From: Marsupella aquatica
Taxonomy: Eukaryota; Plantae; Marchantiophyta
DNA: 64,000 nucleotides
NCBI GenBank assembly: GCA_973895155.1
Contig: OZ316892.1
Coordinates: 29,766,932 to 29,830,931, forward strand
Reading direction: 5' to 3'
The stretch's first letter is position 1, and every line of letters starts with the position of its first letter. Under the pieces are notes generated by a model that did not search any database, was not told where the DNA came from, and saw nothing but the letters and a program-made list of their open reading frames with translations. Positions 1-13,039 of the stretch are shown in pieces. The position numbers and the translations under genes were made by a program.

Positions 1-1063
1 GCCTTGCCCCCAGGATGTGCTCATGGCCCAATTTGTGTAGCTTGCCCTAAAGCTTGTCCGAACATGTCGGGACCATAAATAATGGCCCCAAGTAACTCTA
101 GTAACCAACTCTCAGACCTCGCTCTGCTGATAGCCTAGGGGCCAAGTTCACTTGGAACTCAACCTCCATGCCTACTTGGCCTTGCCTCCCCAAAGCAAGC
201 TCCCTAGGGAGACTGAACGCAGTTCGGTTGCTATTCGGTAGGATTTGGCAAGCGGGCGAGATAGCCCCCACAAACCGCTAGAATCCATGGCACCCCTAGA
301 CCCAGATGAGTTCAGGAAGATGTAGTCCTCCTTGAGAGCTTTCCAACGCACCCAAGAAGTACCCCAATGGACTTCCCGTTGTGAAGTTATCGCCGTTTTT
401 GTTTGACATTTTCCCTTAGTGTCACGATCACCGCGGCCCATGACTTCGGCTCGCCCTTAGCCCCCTGGGAGACACCACTCCCCTCATATATGCTTCTGGA
501 GACCTGCCACCCCCAGACCAACTTTGGTCCCCAAATTTTGGCCCCCCACCTGGACCCCAACCCGCATGTCTGGGCGCACCACCAACTGGCAATGTCCAGA
601 CATTAATAACTTTCTAGTTAGGTGTCTGTAAGTGGAGACTTGCCTTAGCCCGGTGTGATAGGGCCAACCCGGTGCTGATGCCTAGGCCATCAGAACCCGT
701 TGTCGCTTGGGGCCCCCGATCGGCCAAACCTGAATCGGGCCATAACTCGTGCCCTAAGCATTCGTTGCCCAAGAGGAGCTCTCATTCAAGCCCTCAAAAC
801 TCAAAGTCCGTCTGGGGGTCCGGACGGTCGACCTTGAGTCTGGCCCTTTCCCCTAGACCCGACTAGCCCTCAACTAGTCTAAGTCTTTAGTGTGTGTCGC
901 CAGCTTAGCGCCTTGCCTTCGCTAGTGCCACGTCCCATTGCCGATAAGTCTCCCCATACTAAGTCATCCCCAGATGGCCGTTCCAGGCCTGGACCATAGG
1001 GGAGCTCGGCGTCAAAGTCAGCGGCATTGGAGCTAAGTGTTAAGGTAGTCGTGTTCCGCGACT
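1..1063 (-). mobile_element. 3' LTR of Ty3/gypsy chromovirus (truncated by window edge); on the minus strand it begins AGTCGCGGAACACGACTACC
   Basis: Reverse-complement similarity to 9667-10760 and 51742-52812. On the minus strand it is preceded by a PPT-like tract (ttttaaggggcggtgca, ~1064-1082) that follows the pol/chromodomain region. Confidence 0.8.
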
Positions 1064-3094
1064 TGCACCGCCCCTTAAAAATGGTCATGTCCGCGTGACC
1101 TAAGTAAACATTCCAACACGCCTAGACCACTTTAGGTCTAAAAAATATTGTAGGTAACAAATGGTTTGCCCATAAGGCTGACGCAAACCAGGTTGGTGTG
1201 CGCATTCCCAACTTGGGAAATTCCAACTAATCCCACTCATCCAAGTAGGATGCCAGTCGGGATGCCAGTCCAAGCAGGTAAGCCAACTCCAAACTTGTCG
1301 GACCCTTTGTTCTCTCCTTGGGGTAAGTCTTCCCTTTAGTTTGAACCAACCAGCCCACAGATGTGAGGCCAACTCCATCAACTTCCACTCACAAAAAACA
1401 AATCGGCCACCCAACAACCTCTAGCTCCCATGCAATCTGACTTTACCATTAAGAGGCCGAAAGGAGTGAAACCAGGATACAACTCACAAAGGTAGCCACA
1501 GTTGCCTATACTAGGTCACAACAGCGGTAGGCTGCTTTGCTTACGATAGCTGCCAAGGATCTCTGGGGCATTACCTAAATTTTCTTTCGGTTCCCAAGTA
1601 CTCTCGGCCTGATCATATCCGTGAACCATTTCACCAAATACTCCAAGATTTGTCTCCCTAGCTTGCGTTTGTAACAGTGGTCCAGAATTGCCTCCACCTC
1701 AAACTCCTCAGTGTCCTCCACTAGCATGGCGTCTGGACGCAAGACTTGATCCTTGTTGGGGTCGTCATCTGGCTAACATGGTAGCTTTAATTTGCCTACG
1801 CCCATTTTCTTGGGTGTCTCCAACACCACCGAAATTGGATTATCCTTGTGGGCCCATCGTATTATGCGATAAGGCCTCGCATATCTTGGAGCCAACTTCC
1901 TACTTATGTTCCCGTGGTATTGCTCAGGTCTCAACTGTAACCAGATGCTCTCCCCAATTTCAAAGCTTGTAACCTGGCGTCGATGTTTATCCCCTTGTTC
2001 CTTGTACCGACTTTGGGCAAGGGTCATACCCTTCGTAGCCGCTTCCACACCTAGGCGCCACTCTCAAATAAAATTGTCCGCAAAATGAACCTTGCTTTCC
2101 GTCTGCCAAGCTTTCAGATTTATGAACCAGGAGGGCGCCCTTGGCGTCCTCCCTGTGGCCAACACAAACGGCGCAAACCCCGTCGTTGAATGCTTGGTCG
2201 AGTTATACCTAAACTCGACCATTGTTAAGTGCTTTGCCCAATCCTTTTGATTGGCCATCACAAAGTGACACAGATAATCCTCCACGATACCATTCACCCG
2301 TTCCGTTTGGCCATCTGTCTCATGATGATACGCTGATCCCCTAGTAAGGTCTGTGTCGGATAACCAGAACAACGCCTTCCAGAAGCGGCCCGTAAACTTA
2401 GTATCGTGGTCGGACAGGATATGCAATGGCAATCCCCATTGTCGGAAGACATTGTCAAACACTAGACCGACAACCAACACGATTTCGGACCGAACGAGAA
2501 CTATTTCCTCTAAACGAGAAGTGTATTTTCATTTTCCGCCGAATCTCGCGAAATCGACAGTTTTTTTCATCAAAAACACATTTTTGGGGAAATAATGTAA
2601 TTCGTATCAGAGTTCGGATTGAAACAGCAAATTTAATAATGATCAAAACCAATGAAATTCATGCTAACAAACATTCATATTATCAAGGAACAATTAGATC
2701 CAAAAAACTTTCTCCTCAACCTCATATTCACGCTCTCCAAAGATATATGAAAGGTCTTATCTATAAATCCATATCCACGTTTCGAGCCAAGTGCGATAAC
2801 TGTATTGGACTCCGGATTTGAGCCACGAAAGCTCCGACCCAATCTCAGTTTTCTCAGTTTTTGGATATTTACCAAAAATATTTTACATCACAGTCGATAA
2901 GAATTACTGCACGGTTCGTCAAACTTACCTTGCAGTTACCTCCGCAATTGACCAGTTACCTCCGCAAGTGACCATGATAGTCAACATGCCATTCTTTCAA
3001 CAGCAATGCGCAGTCCGATAAAATTATCGCAAAAACTACGGGCGACAAAAATACTAGTCAACAATACTAAGATCCTTCGGTTCATCGGTTAAAT

Positions 3095-3580
3095 TTCAAA
3101 ATTCCTATCCATATGAAGAAAACTCTTCGCAATACCAACATCAGATAAATTTATCGCTTCAATTTCAAAATTGCAACTTCCATATGAAGGAACCCCTTTT
3201 GCAATACCAACATCAGATAAATTTATCGCTTCAATTTCAAATTGCAACTTCCATATGAAGGAACCACTTTTGCAATACCAACATCAGATAAATTTATTGC
3301 TTCAATTTCAAAATTGCAACTTCCATATGAAGGAACCACTTTTGCAATACCAACATCAGATAAATTTATCGCTTCAATTTCAAAATTGCAACTTCCATAT
3401 GAAGGAACCACTTTTGCAATACCAACATCAGATAAATTTATCGCTTCAATTTCAAATTGCAACTTCCATATGAAGGAACCACTTTTGCAATACCAACATC
3501 AGATAAATTTATCGCTTCAATTTCAAATTGCAACTTCCATATGAAGGAACCACTTTTGCAATACCAACATCAGATAAATA
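3095..3580. repeat. Tandem array of ~71-72-bp units (~6.7 copies), each with the palindrome GATAAATTTATC
   Basis: Unit aaattgcaacttccatatgaaggaaccacttttgcaataccaacatcagataaatttatcgcttcaatttca, read directly. It explains the repetitive ORFs at 3171-3544. Confidence 0.95.
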
Positions 3581-3749
3581 CACTCTGAACCACACAACCC
3601 GAAGTCAGGGGAGGCAGAGTCAATTACATTCAAAGTGTTTCTTTACAAACTCTTCTCGAGCAAACCTTAGAGCACCCAAAATGGACTAGAGGAATGAGGA
3701 GTGCGATAAATTTATCGGATGTTTGCAGCAATGCCTCATCCACTCAGAC

Positions 3750-4130
3750 TCGTCCATGCCATGCAAGAATTGTCCGCTTCCCGCTTTCTCCAAGATTTAT
3801 CCAAACTCTACGAAACTGATCTAACTACTCATACGAAAAGCACCCAAGCATATCTATGGGAGGGAGGAAATGAGTTTCCTCTCGGAAGACCCTAGCAATA
3901 TGTATGTTTGAGAGAAGGTCGGCATTAGGAATGCTTGCGAGCATTTTGTTTATGTCATTGATCTCACGGACTGCATATTTCAATAGCGCCCAAAATCGTG
4001 TACCAACAACAAGATGGTTCCATTTCTTTGAGGTGGCTCCAAGACAAATGATTGTTCTCATTCGAGTTAGTCGTTCTTCTGGTAGATTTCCAATATATAC
4101 CTATTGTCCACGGAGTGCAATCGACCTTCC
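3750..4130 (-). pseudogene. Remnant of an F-box-like cargo gene, homologous to 26205-26756
   Basis: MRTIICLGATSKKWNHLVVGTRFWALLK...ETHFLPPIDMLGCFSYE aligns with LKTMVWLGCTSKKWNHLVICTRVWGILR...ETPNLPPIDFLGLFSRY. Confidence 0.75.
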
Positions 4131-7100
4131 GTTGTGCCTCCTAAACCCGGCAACAGTGCGACATCAGAGATGAAGATGAGTCTCCAAACAAAACAAAGGA
4201 AAATTATTCTCATAGGAGGATGCGATAAGTTTATCGCACTCCGCATTTGAATTGAAAATATGACTTCCTCAGACACCTAACCCCTGAATTCAATCTTTCA
4301 CAAAAATGACAACTCTGATAAATTTATCGGATTCTCAATTACTCCTCTTTCCATGAAAGGAATGAAGACTCCGATAAATTTATCGAAATGAAGGCAACAC
4401 CTCTCTAAACACTGGATCAAATGATTGCAACGGAGGAATGCAGAATGCGATAAATTTATCGCAGTCCGCTCGGATCTGGATATTTTACACTAAATGACTA
4501 GTTAGTCTTACATGGAGAACTTGAACAGGAATGGCTGTTCCGATAAATTTATCGGGTTTTCGGTAGAAAGAGTCGAATCGCTTGGGATGAATGTAAGACT
4601 CGATGGGAGTTTGGTATTCGCTCTCAGTCAGGAGATATTTGCTCTGGCAAAAGCAAATGTTTTATGGGCAGCCCGCTCCTCTTTATATAGGAGACGCTCT
4701 AAACCATGGTTAATTTCCCCTTAACCATGGTTAAGTTTCCCCTTTACCTGGGTTAGTGCGTGGTCGTTCCTAGATTACGTGGTTCAGACCAAGTTACTCG
4801 CAGTTCAGACTTTTTCACTGATGGAATGTAAAACCCGATGCACGTATCGCTCCCTACATTCCCACGGCGATGCAATGGAGGAAAGTGGCGTTTCGGAGAG
4901 TTTTTGCCAGTTTTATCGGTCATTGCATTGCCTTAGAAAAAAAACGGGATCGGGCTAAACGAGAACTCCGACACACTTCTCGGTCGGTCCGAAATCGTGT
5001 TAACCTCTCGAGCCAAAACCATTTTTGTAGTGAACAAGAAATATGTCATCTTGGAAAAACAATCCACGATCGTTAAGATGAAGTTGTTGTCGTGGGACTC
5101 AGGTAACCCAACAATGAAGTCCATGGAGCCGCGGCTACTGGTAAAGGTTGCAAAAGTCCTCCTTTTGCCCTATAGACCGTTCAGTTCTTTTGGCACGAGT
5201 AACAACTTTGCATGTGGCAAAGAACCGATTGCTTCATGTCTGGCCAATACTGACACATCTCGCGACATACTACGGTACGTAGCAGCTTGTCCACCATGCC
5301 CACGTACCCCAAGGTGAGTCGTGGTACTTTTGCAAAATCTCAAGTCTTAGAGACTCTGGTATGTATACCCGCCTCTGCTTGTATCGCCATACTTGGACAT
5401 CATGCACGGCATCCAACCCCTATGATATGACTTGTGCCTCACCTTGCCTTGGCTACCCCCTTGCTTTGCCATTCACTGGCTAACCTGTCATCCCCATACG
5501 CCTTGGCCAAAACCTTTGGCCACTCGGTTTCGAGCATCGTGATCCCATTGACACGATGATGGTCCCTACGCGATAAAGCGTCAACTGCCGTGTTTGTCTT
5601 CCCAAGAACGTGACGGACTTCAAAATCAAAATCTGCCAAGAACATCTGCCAGCGCATTTCTTTGGGGTTCAGCCTTGGCTTAGAACTGACGTACCCGGCC
5701 GAAGAGCTATCTGTGTGTATTATCACCTTGGGTCCGTTCTTAAGGTAAATCTCCCACTTCTTCAATGCGTAGATCACAACATACATTTCCCTTTCTGGAG
5801 TGATCCAACAATTCTCCAACTTACATGACTCAAAGGCCACCGGACGCCTATCTTGGTGAAGATAGGCGCCAATGGCATAATCACTTGCGTCTGTCCAAAT
5901 CTCGAACGACTTTCCCATCTCAAGTAGCTTTAGAACTGACGGCATTATCATTAGCCGCTTGAGTTCTAGGAATGCTAACTCACAATCCTGTGTCCACACA
6001 AACACTTTGTTTTTCATTGTTGGTGCGTTTAGAGGCCTCGCAATCCTCGCATAGTCTTTCATGTATCTCCAATAGAACCCAGTAAATCCTAAGAAGGCCC
6101 TAACCTGCCTTACATTGGATGGGTGTTCCCATTCTTTCATTGATCTCCTTAAGCTTGTCTTGACTAGGCGTAATCCCTTCCGGGGTAAAAGTATGGCCGA
6201 GGAACTGAATCTCGTTCATCACAAACTCGCACTTGCTAGGTTTAGCAAAGAGATGAGCCTTACCAAGGCGAAAGAATACTTCTCTGAGCAACTGCTCATG
6301 CTCCTCCAACGTTTTTGAGTAGATCAGGATGTTGTCAATAAAGACTACCACTCCTTGGTCTAACAAGTCATGAAATATGGTATTCATCATTTTCATGATT
6401 GTTGCAGTTGCGTTACACAACCCGAACGACATAACCAAAAACTCGTAGGATCCGAACCTTGTGCGCATTGCGGTCTTGTACTCATCTCCCTTTGCCATGC
6501 GAATCTGGTAATACCCAGACCGCAAGTCCTCGGCGCAAGTCCACCTTTGAAAACTTCTTAGCCCCGGAGAGGCAATCGAAGAGATCATCCATATGAGGTA
6601 ACAGGTACTTGTTCTTTACCATTTGCTTGTTGAGGGCCCGATAATCTGCACACAATCTCAAAGTACCATCCTTTTTGGACATAAACAGCGCGGGCGCCCC
6701 ACAAGGACTCTTACTAGGACAAATGAACCCTTGGTCGATCAACTCTTCCAAGGTGTTCTTCAACATCATTCGTTTGTTCAGGTTCAGACAATAAGGAGCT
6801 TTTGCTTGAGGAGCCAAACCTGGCTCTCAACTTGGTGATCCACTTCCCTCCGTGGGGGTAAACCTTTAGGTAGCTTTTGTGAGAGTACATCATTGAATTC
6901 CTCTAAAATCTCAGGAATTTCACCGCAGTCGGGCCCGACCTTAGTTGACTTAGATTTTGGTTGCATAGCAGCCTCCTTAACTAGGTGGAGATAAAAGAAG
7001 AAGCATTCATGTCCACCCTTGAAGTCCTTGAGTTCCACCATTGTTTCGCCAATACACACGGAGACAACCACGACACTTTACTTACTTTGAGAAATCTTTC

Positions 7101-7824
7101 TTTATTTTTGGTAATTTTTTGTACAACAATGGGCTCACCGCCCTTATCGGGAAAACTGAGCACCTCATCCCCCGGTTTCAAGATAACATTGTGCTTCCTG
7201 AGATAGCCTATAGAAAAAATGAAGAACTTTACGGCTAGACCTTCTAGAACGTAGAACATCTCCTGACTAACAAAATTTTGTCGCTCGCCTATGACCTCTA
7301 CCCGAAGTCTATGTACTACTCTCGACACTATCCCTTTTATGTCGTTGGCGAACTTGCACACTAACGGTTGTAACAATTCCTGCACATCCACCCCAAGACG
7401 TGTCGTCGCCTGCCCACTTATGAAGCAGGTAGTTGCGCCTGTATCCACCAAAGCAACACCCATGTTACCGTTAGAAGTGGCATTGACAAAAATCAGCTTG
7501 TTAGGATCCATTGCCTTAACCTTAGGTACTTTCTCTTGCAACAACACCTTCCCTCTAGCAGGAATGTCCCCTATAGGGACCTTGTCAACAACTAAGGGTT
7601 TGGTTAGAGCGATACTTACCTTAAAGCTCTTCTGGCCCCCTTCTTCACTCGGCTTGCCACCTTTCGTGGGACAATCCTTACTTTGATGGCCCATGACGAC
7701 GCACGTGAAGCACAAGCCTTCTGCCCGCCTCTACTCTGTGAGCGCCTGGTTTTTTGCTTTTTACGCCGTTGAGGATTCTTTCTTAACGTGGTTGGTCTTC
7801 CGGTTGCGCTTCGCTTCTCCATTT

Positions 7825-8469
7825 TGGGGCAGGGCGGTCAACCATTGACGGGTAGAAAGTGGGAAAGCTTGGGCAGCATCCGGTAGATAGACTATTCTGG
7901 ACGGACAGTGATGCCGACCTTAGCTTCGGCTTATGGCAAGGCCATGCGGGCCTGGGAGGCTCTATCCGCTGACCTACTTACTAACGACTATTGAGCTTGA
8001 TGCAAGACAATGGTCTTGGGAGTTCCGAGATCAAGATGGGTTCTTACCGGTTGGTTGGTTGCTTGTGCAGATAGTAAAGACCTTGGGCCCTCACTCTGTG
8101 TAAAAGAAGTGGACCCCCCTACGATCGGGCCCTTTTCCTATTTACCCCTTGTTATTTCCATTTTACTATTAAAAGTTCCCTTATTACCGGTAATAATTAT
8201 AATTATTAGTTCAAAATAAATAAAAATTACCCTTCGAGCGTTCGCACGTCCTCCACGTATTAGTTAAGACTGAGGGCCCAGGGAGTAAAGACCGTTGAGC
8301 GACGGTCGTGCTGACGAGGGCAAGTGCAGCTTTGTATGGGAGGGGTCGCTAACAACAAGGAGTATAGTCAAAGAGAACTTGCCCCAACATTTCGTGTTGG
8401 TGCGAGGTTTGACTAGTTTCAAGGCTGAGAAGCGAGTTCAGACGGGCATGTGGTGGGAGGTCCACTACT
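7825..8469 (+). mobile_element. 3' part of a second LTR subfamily (ends ...GGTCCACTACT), carrying a MITE
   Basis: Reverse-complement match to 28727-29470 of the solo LTR at 28727-30830. Confidence 0.75.
8081..8283. mobile_element. 203-bp MITE with 8-bp TSD (hAT/P-like)
   Basis: TIR CC(T/C)TGGGCCCTCA...TGAGGGCCCAGGG. TSD AGTAAAGA at 8073-8080 and 8284-8291. Confidence 0.9.
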
Positions 8470-8637
8470 GCGGCCAACTTAGCGCCTTGCCTTCGCCAGT
8501 GCCACGTCCCATTGACCGCAAGTCTCCCCATACTAAGTCATCCCCGGATGGCCGTTCTGGGCATGGACCATAGGGGAGCTCGGCGTCGGAGTCAGCAGCG
8601 CCGGAGCTAAGTGTTAAGGTAGTCATATTCCGTGACT
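8470..8637 (-). mobile_element. 5' end fragment of a gypsy LTR (begins AGTCACGGAATATGACTACC); probably the remnant 5' LTR of the chromovirus
   Basis: Near-identical to ~900-1063 and in the same orientation. Confidence 0.7.
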
Positions 8638-9666
8638 TTAGGCCTGCCCTTTCTTGCAGATACCTCTGCATCTCTACCTCGTTTGGGACCAGTACTTGGT
8701 CCTGGATTTGCTCTAGTCCTACAGGCTTTAGCCAATAATTTGATGTTGAATTTGGCATTGTTTTCCATTGTAGCATGGAAATCTACGTCTGTGTAATCAC
8801 CTAACACCCTTGTGGACCTGGATTCTTTGTGGAGGATTGTTCTCCATGCTATCCCCTTCTAATTGGGGTGGAAGAAAACCTGCTCCACTTGGTTTGGGAA
8901 AACGTAATCCATTTTCTTGGACACACCAAGTTCTCTATGGAAATTCACCTACCAAAGACCAAACTCGGAATACCTCATACTGGCAGAGGATTTAGGAGGT
9001 CCATGATGGTTCTGCCCATTTCCCTTTGAAAAGAATCACCTCTTTTGTTGTATGCTAACAAAAGCAAATATCAACAAATATATGCTAAAAACTTGGTGTT
9101 CGTTCCCATGGAAGAACAAGAATGGGATGATAGGATGTTTTAAAGTGTTTTGAGTGGTTTAGAGAGGAAACTCAGACCTCTATCAAATAAACATACAAGA
9201 AAAACAAAACAAAATTGAAAGAACTAAGAAAACACAAAGAAAATATTTTTTGTCATAAAGTATGATGTTGAGACTTTTTAAACCAGACTTTAGCACTGAG
9301 ATACCTCCATCATCACTCCTTCAAAAAGGATTATGGTCAATTTTAAGATGTTAAAAAGACACTCCAAACCCCTATCTAACTGCTTTTCAAACTCATACTT
9401 TCAATCTCTACTTCCTAGCATTAGCTCATTATACTCACAATGATCTTTCTGGACAAAGTTGCTAGCTTGGTTAGACCCCGTAAATTGATGGCAACAGGTT
9501 TCAACTCAATGGCGATACGCAACTCGGAGTGAAAACTATTGGGTTTTACTTACACAATGGCGGTACTAAATCACTTGAATATAGACTATTGCCCTAGAAA
9601 GTTCAAAAGTAATCCATCTTAAATTTCATAAATCTTTAACAATCCCTCTGTCTCATCTTTGGTTAG

Positions 9667-11169
9667 AGTCACGGAACTCGACTCACTACCTTAACACTTA
9701 GCTCCAGCATCGCTGACTTCGACGCCAAGCTCCTTTATGGTCCAGGCCCGGAGAGGCCATCTGGGGAGAACTTAGCATGGGGAGACTTGTGAGCAATGGG
9801 GCGTGGTACTGGCGAAGGCAAGTCGCTAAGCTGGTGGCACACACTAAGGACTTAGACTAGCTGAGGGCTGGTCGGATCAAGGGGAAAGGGCCGGGCTCAA
9901 GGTCAACCGTCTGCACCCCTAGACAGACTTGGAGTTATGAGGGCTTGAGTGAGAGCTCCTCTTGGGCCAAGGCCAATGGAGTTGACTCCATGGGCAACGG
10001 ACGCTTGGGGCACGAGTTATGGCCCGATCCGAGTTCGGCCAATCGGAGGCCCCGGGCGACAATGGGATCTGAGGGCCTAGGCATGAGCACTGGGTTGGCC
10101 CAATCATATCGAGCTAAGGCACTCCGCTTGCGGACGCCTAACTAGAAAGTTATGGGCATAGCTAGTGAGTGGCGCGCCCAGACATGCAGGTTGGGGTCCA
10201 GGTTGGGGTCCAAAAGTATGGGGACCACAAATGGTCCGGGGGTGGTAGGTCTCCAGAAGCATATATGAGGGGAGTGGTGTCTCCCTGGGGGTTAAGAGCG
10301 AGCCAAAGTCGTGGGCCGCGGCGCGCGGTCGCGACACTGAGGGAAAACGTCAAACAGAAATGGTGATAACTTCCCAACGGGAAGTCCGTTGGAGGATTTC
10401 TTGGGTGCGTTGGAAAGCTCTCGAGGAGGACTACATCCTCCTGAGCTCAGCTAGGTCTAGGGGTGCCATAGGTTCTCGGGTTTTGTGGGGGCTATCTCGC
10501 CTGCTTGCCAAATCCTGCCAAAATAGTAGCCAAATCGCGTTCAATCTCTCAAGGGAGCTTGCATTCGGGATGCAAGGCCAAGTAGCCGTGGAGGTTGAGT
10601 TCCAAGGGTACTTGGTCCCTAGACCATCAGTTGGGCGAGAACTGGGAGTTGATTACTAGAGTCAGGGCCCTTCTGGTCCTGGCATGTTGGGACAAGCTTG
10701 GGACAAGCTTTAGGACAAGCTACGCTATTTGGGCCATGAGCATGTCCCGGGGGCAGGGCGGTCAGTTGGTGATGGATAGGTACAGGGGAACCCAGGTTGC
10801 GCCCAAGGAAAGAGTTGTTCTGGACGAACAATGGGCATCGGTTCTGGTTCTGGCTTATGGCATCGGGAGGACCTATTGCTGACCTACTTACCAATGTCTG
10901 TTGAGCTTGAGTTAGGATGCTAGACTTGGGAGATCTAGATCCTAAAGGGTTACTTACCGAGACACTTGGTTGCTTGTGGAGACGGTAATGACCATTGAGT
11001 AGTGGTTGTGCTAGGGAGCGAATGCGGCTTCGTGTGGGGGGAGTCGCGGGTGGTGTTGAGGGCACCAAGTTGCTTGCTCAAGGAGTTCCGTGGAGACGTT
11101 CGGGCACCAGGGGCACTTAGGCATGGATGCTGGGCTTGGTGAGGGCACTGGATGGCTATGTCCACCACT
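9667..11169 (+). mobile_element. Solo LTR (~1.5 kb), AGTCACGG...GTCCACCACT
   Basis: Homologous to 1-1063 and 51742-52812. Termini match the other LTR copies. Flanks gttag/actag could be a decayed 5-bp TSD. Confidence 0.75.
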
Positions 11170-11487
11170 ACTAGCCTCTCTATTCCCAAAGTTAGTGGAT
11201 TGCTGGATATGGGTTTCACAGGGTCTGCTTGTGTTTCTGTAGGTTTCATGCAGACTGTCATAGAATTGTTGACAAATCTAGGGGATGTAGTTTTTGATTG
11301 GACTATGGGTGAAGATTGGAGTTGTTTTTCCAAGGATTACTCTGGGAGACATGTTATTGGGCTAGAAGATCGTTCGGCTTTTGGGGACTCAGCTGCTGAA
11401 GCTGTGAGAGCAGTCCATGGGAGGAAAGTTGTAGTGGAAACCATTTTAGATTTTTTGGATAAAATTAAGGAAAAAGTCAGTGGTTGA
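11170..11487 (+). pseudogene. Degenerate C-terminal fragment of a beta-class N4/N6 DNA methyltransferase-like protein
   Basis: FMQTVIELLTNLGDVVFDWTMGEDW...SGRHVIGLEDR follows the pattern LIxxxTxxGDxVxDxFxGxG...GRxxIGxE (motifs X-I-II). The Gly loop is degraded. Confidence 0.5.
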
Positions 11488-13039
11488 CTTGGGTGATGAA
11501 GAGGAGGACCCGTATGCGATTCTTGGTGATGATGATCTCAGGACTCCATCCCCTTCAAAGGAAGATTCTCAGTAATGATTGTAAGCTTTGTCACTAAATC
11601 TCGACCCTTTTGCATTTATCAACTCTCTCTCCCAAATAGAAATTCCAACATCTGAGTTACTGAGTCTTGCTTCATTTCCACAAGGAAGGGAGTTTAGAAT
11701 GGAAGCAAGAGGAATGATTTAGACTACGTTGGAGAATCAAGAAGGCGCTTCTTGATACTTCTGAAAAGCCTTGGGACCTCCCTGAATATATACAAAAAGG
11801 AATTAAGGATATCGACAAGAGTCCATAGTGACTTGGCAAATGAAGGGACGACGATTGTTGAGGGGATCTGACAGGAAGTTTTCAAGGCATCCTTTGATTG
11901 ATAATGAGGCTGCACGTGCGTCAAGATTTGTAGATGAGAGGCTGAGTAAACATTGAGATCTGAGAGTAGTGAAGTATCAACTAGTGAGGAAAGCACAAAG
12001 AATTCAGTTTCCGATAGTTCAGCTGATGTTCATTCAGGATTAGATGACTTTTGATTGTGTCCATATCTTCCTGATATTTGATTATCCTTGTGGATAAAAA
12101 TCACTTCTAACACAGTGACGGACCAAACGAGAAGTATGACCACCAAATGAGAAGTGTGTTTTCGATTTCGCGAAAAATGGCAAAAAATCACTAAAATTAA
12201 GATCAAAAACGCTATTTTGAGGATGAATCCAAAATCGCATCCAACATCGGATTTCAAATCGAGATACTGTCGACGCAAAAACACAGAATTGTCACAATCC
12301 AGAATTCCGATACACTTCATCTAAAAAAAGTGCAAATTCCAAAACCTGGAAAAACAATGCTTTTCACGTGATCCTTCTAAAAGCTAAATCCGAGCGTCAA
12401 ACAAAATGAGTAAAACACAAGATTTCATTTTCGCCATCAAAATGGCAAACTGAAAATGGGATACGGCGTATCCCATTTTGGATTCAACTATTGAACATGG
12501 ACAAAAACCACACCAAATCATTCTCTTGACGCTTCCATTTAACCTCGGGTTAAAAATGTTTGAATTTTTAACTGCGGTAAAATTGAAAACTGCAAAAAAT
12601 TGACCACGGACTATAGTCGAACCACACAATTAGTTAAGTTAACCCGACGACATGTCCGGAAACTTTTTAGCCCATAACGCATGATGAATACGAGATGGGA
12701 TCCAAGTATCCACTATCGTATTCAACCTCAATATTTTCCACTTGCAACTTTGCATCAGGAGATCTTTCGACATGAATACCAACTGAGATCCATGGATCCC
12801 ATTTTTTTTGCAAGTCCAAAAACTGATTAGGAAAATAGGAGGATGAATACCAGATGGGATCCATGGATCCCATCTAGTATTCAACCTCTACATTTTGAAG
12901 TTTTTGCATCGCATACCTTGATATTCCAGTTTGAAGACCAACTGGGATCCACGGCGACTTCCTCAAAAATCTACAATTTAAATTTCAGCATTCTTTGAAA
13001 AGACAGACTCTCACGTGAAAAAACCCTCATACGGACCAA

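Larger units (their letters stand above)
2476..5001. mobile_element. Non-autonomous 2,526-bp DNA transposon related to the 16-kb element, inserted in the gypsy integrase
   Basis: 25-bp TIR AACACGATTTCGGACCGA(A/C)CGAGAA with 1 mismatch. 4-bp TSD AACC (2472-2475 / 5002-5005). Integrase reading resumes across it (...MVLAREV|VGLVFDNVF...). It shares a cargo ORF with the 16-kb element. Confidence 0.92.
1560..7820 (-). pseudogene. Decayed Ty3/gypsy (chromovirus) gag-pol: Zn knuckle, protease, RT, RNase H, integrase, chromodomain
   Basis: CFTCVVMGHQSKDC knuckle and LVDTGAT protease (6981-7715). [12 protein letters not shown] and VVVFIDNILIYS RT (6100-6817). WTDASDYAIG RNase H (5439-6140). Integrase SMDFIVGLP...SDHDTKF...TDGQTERVN, split by the insertion at 2476-5001. 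KLAPRYARPY (GPY/F motif). Chromodomain EFEVEAILDH...EYLVKW...STWEPKENL at ~1575-1715. Many frameshifts. Confidence 0.93.

Noticed and set aside
172-1417. Many short ORFs in LTR sequence (also 9919-11068, 29660-30688, 51814-52701)
   Set aside because: GC-rich LTR DNA; the frames are not conserved between copies.
3171-3544. Repetitive ORFs on both strands
   Set aside because: By-products of the 72-bp tandem array.
12111-12117. CACAGTG at the left TIR equals the V(D)J RSS heptamer (Transib/RAG-like)
   Set aside because: The TSD places the true end two bases further out (AACAC). The right end is CACGGTG, there is no nonamer, the TSD is 4 bp rather than 5, and the transposase motifs are Sola-like.
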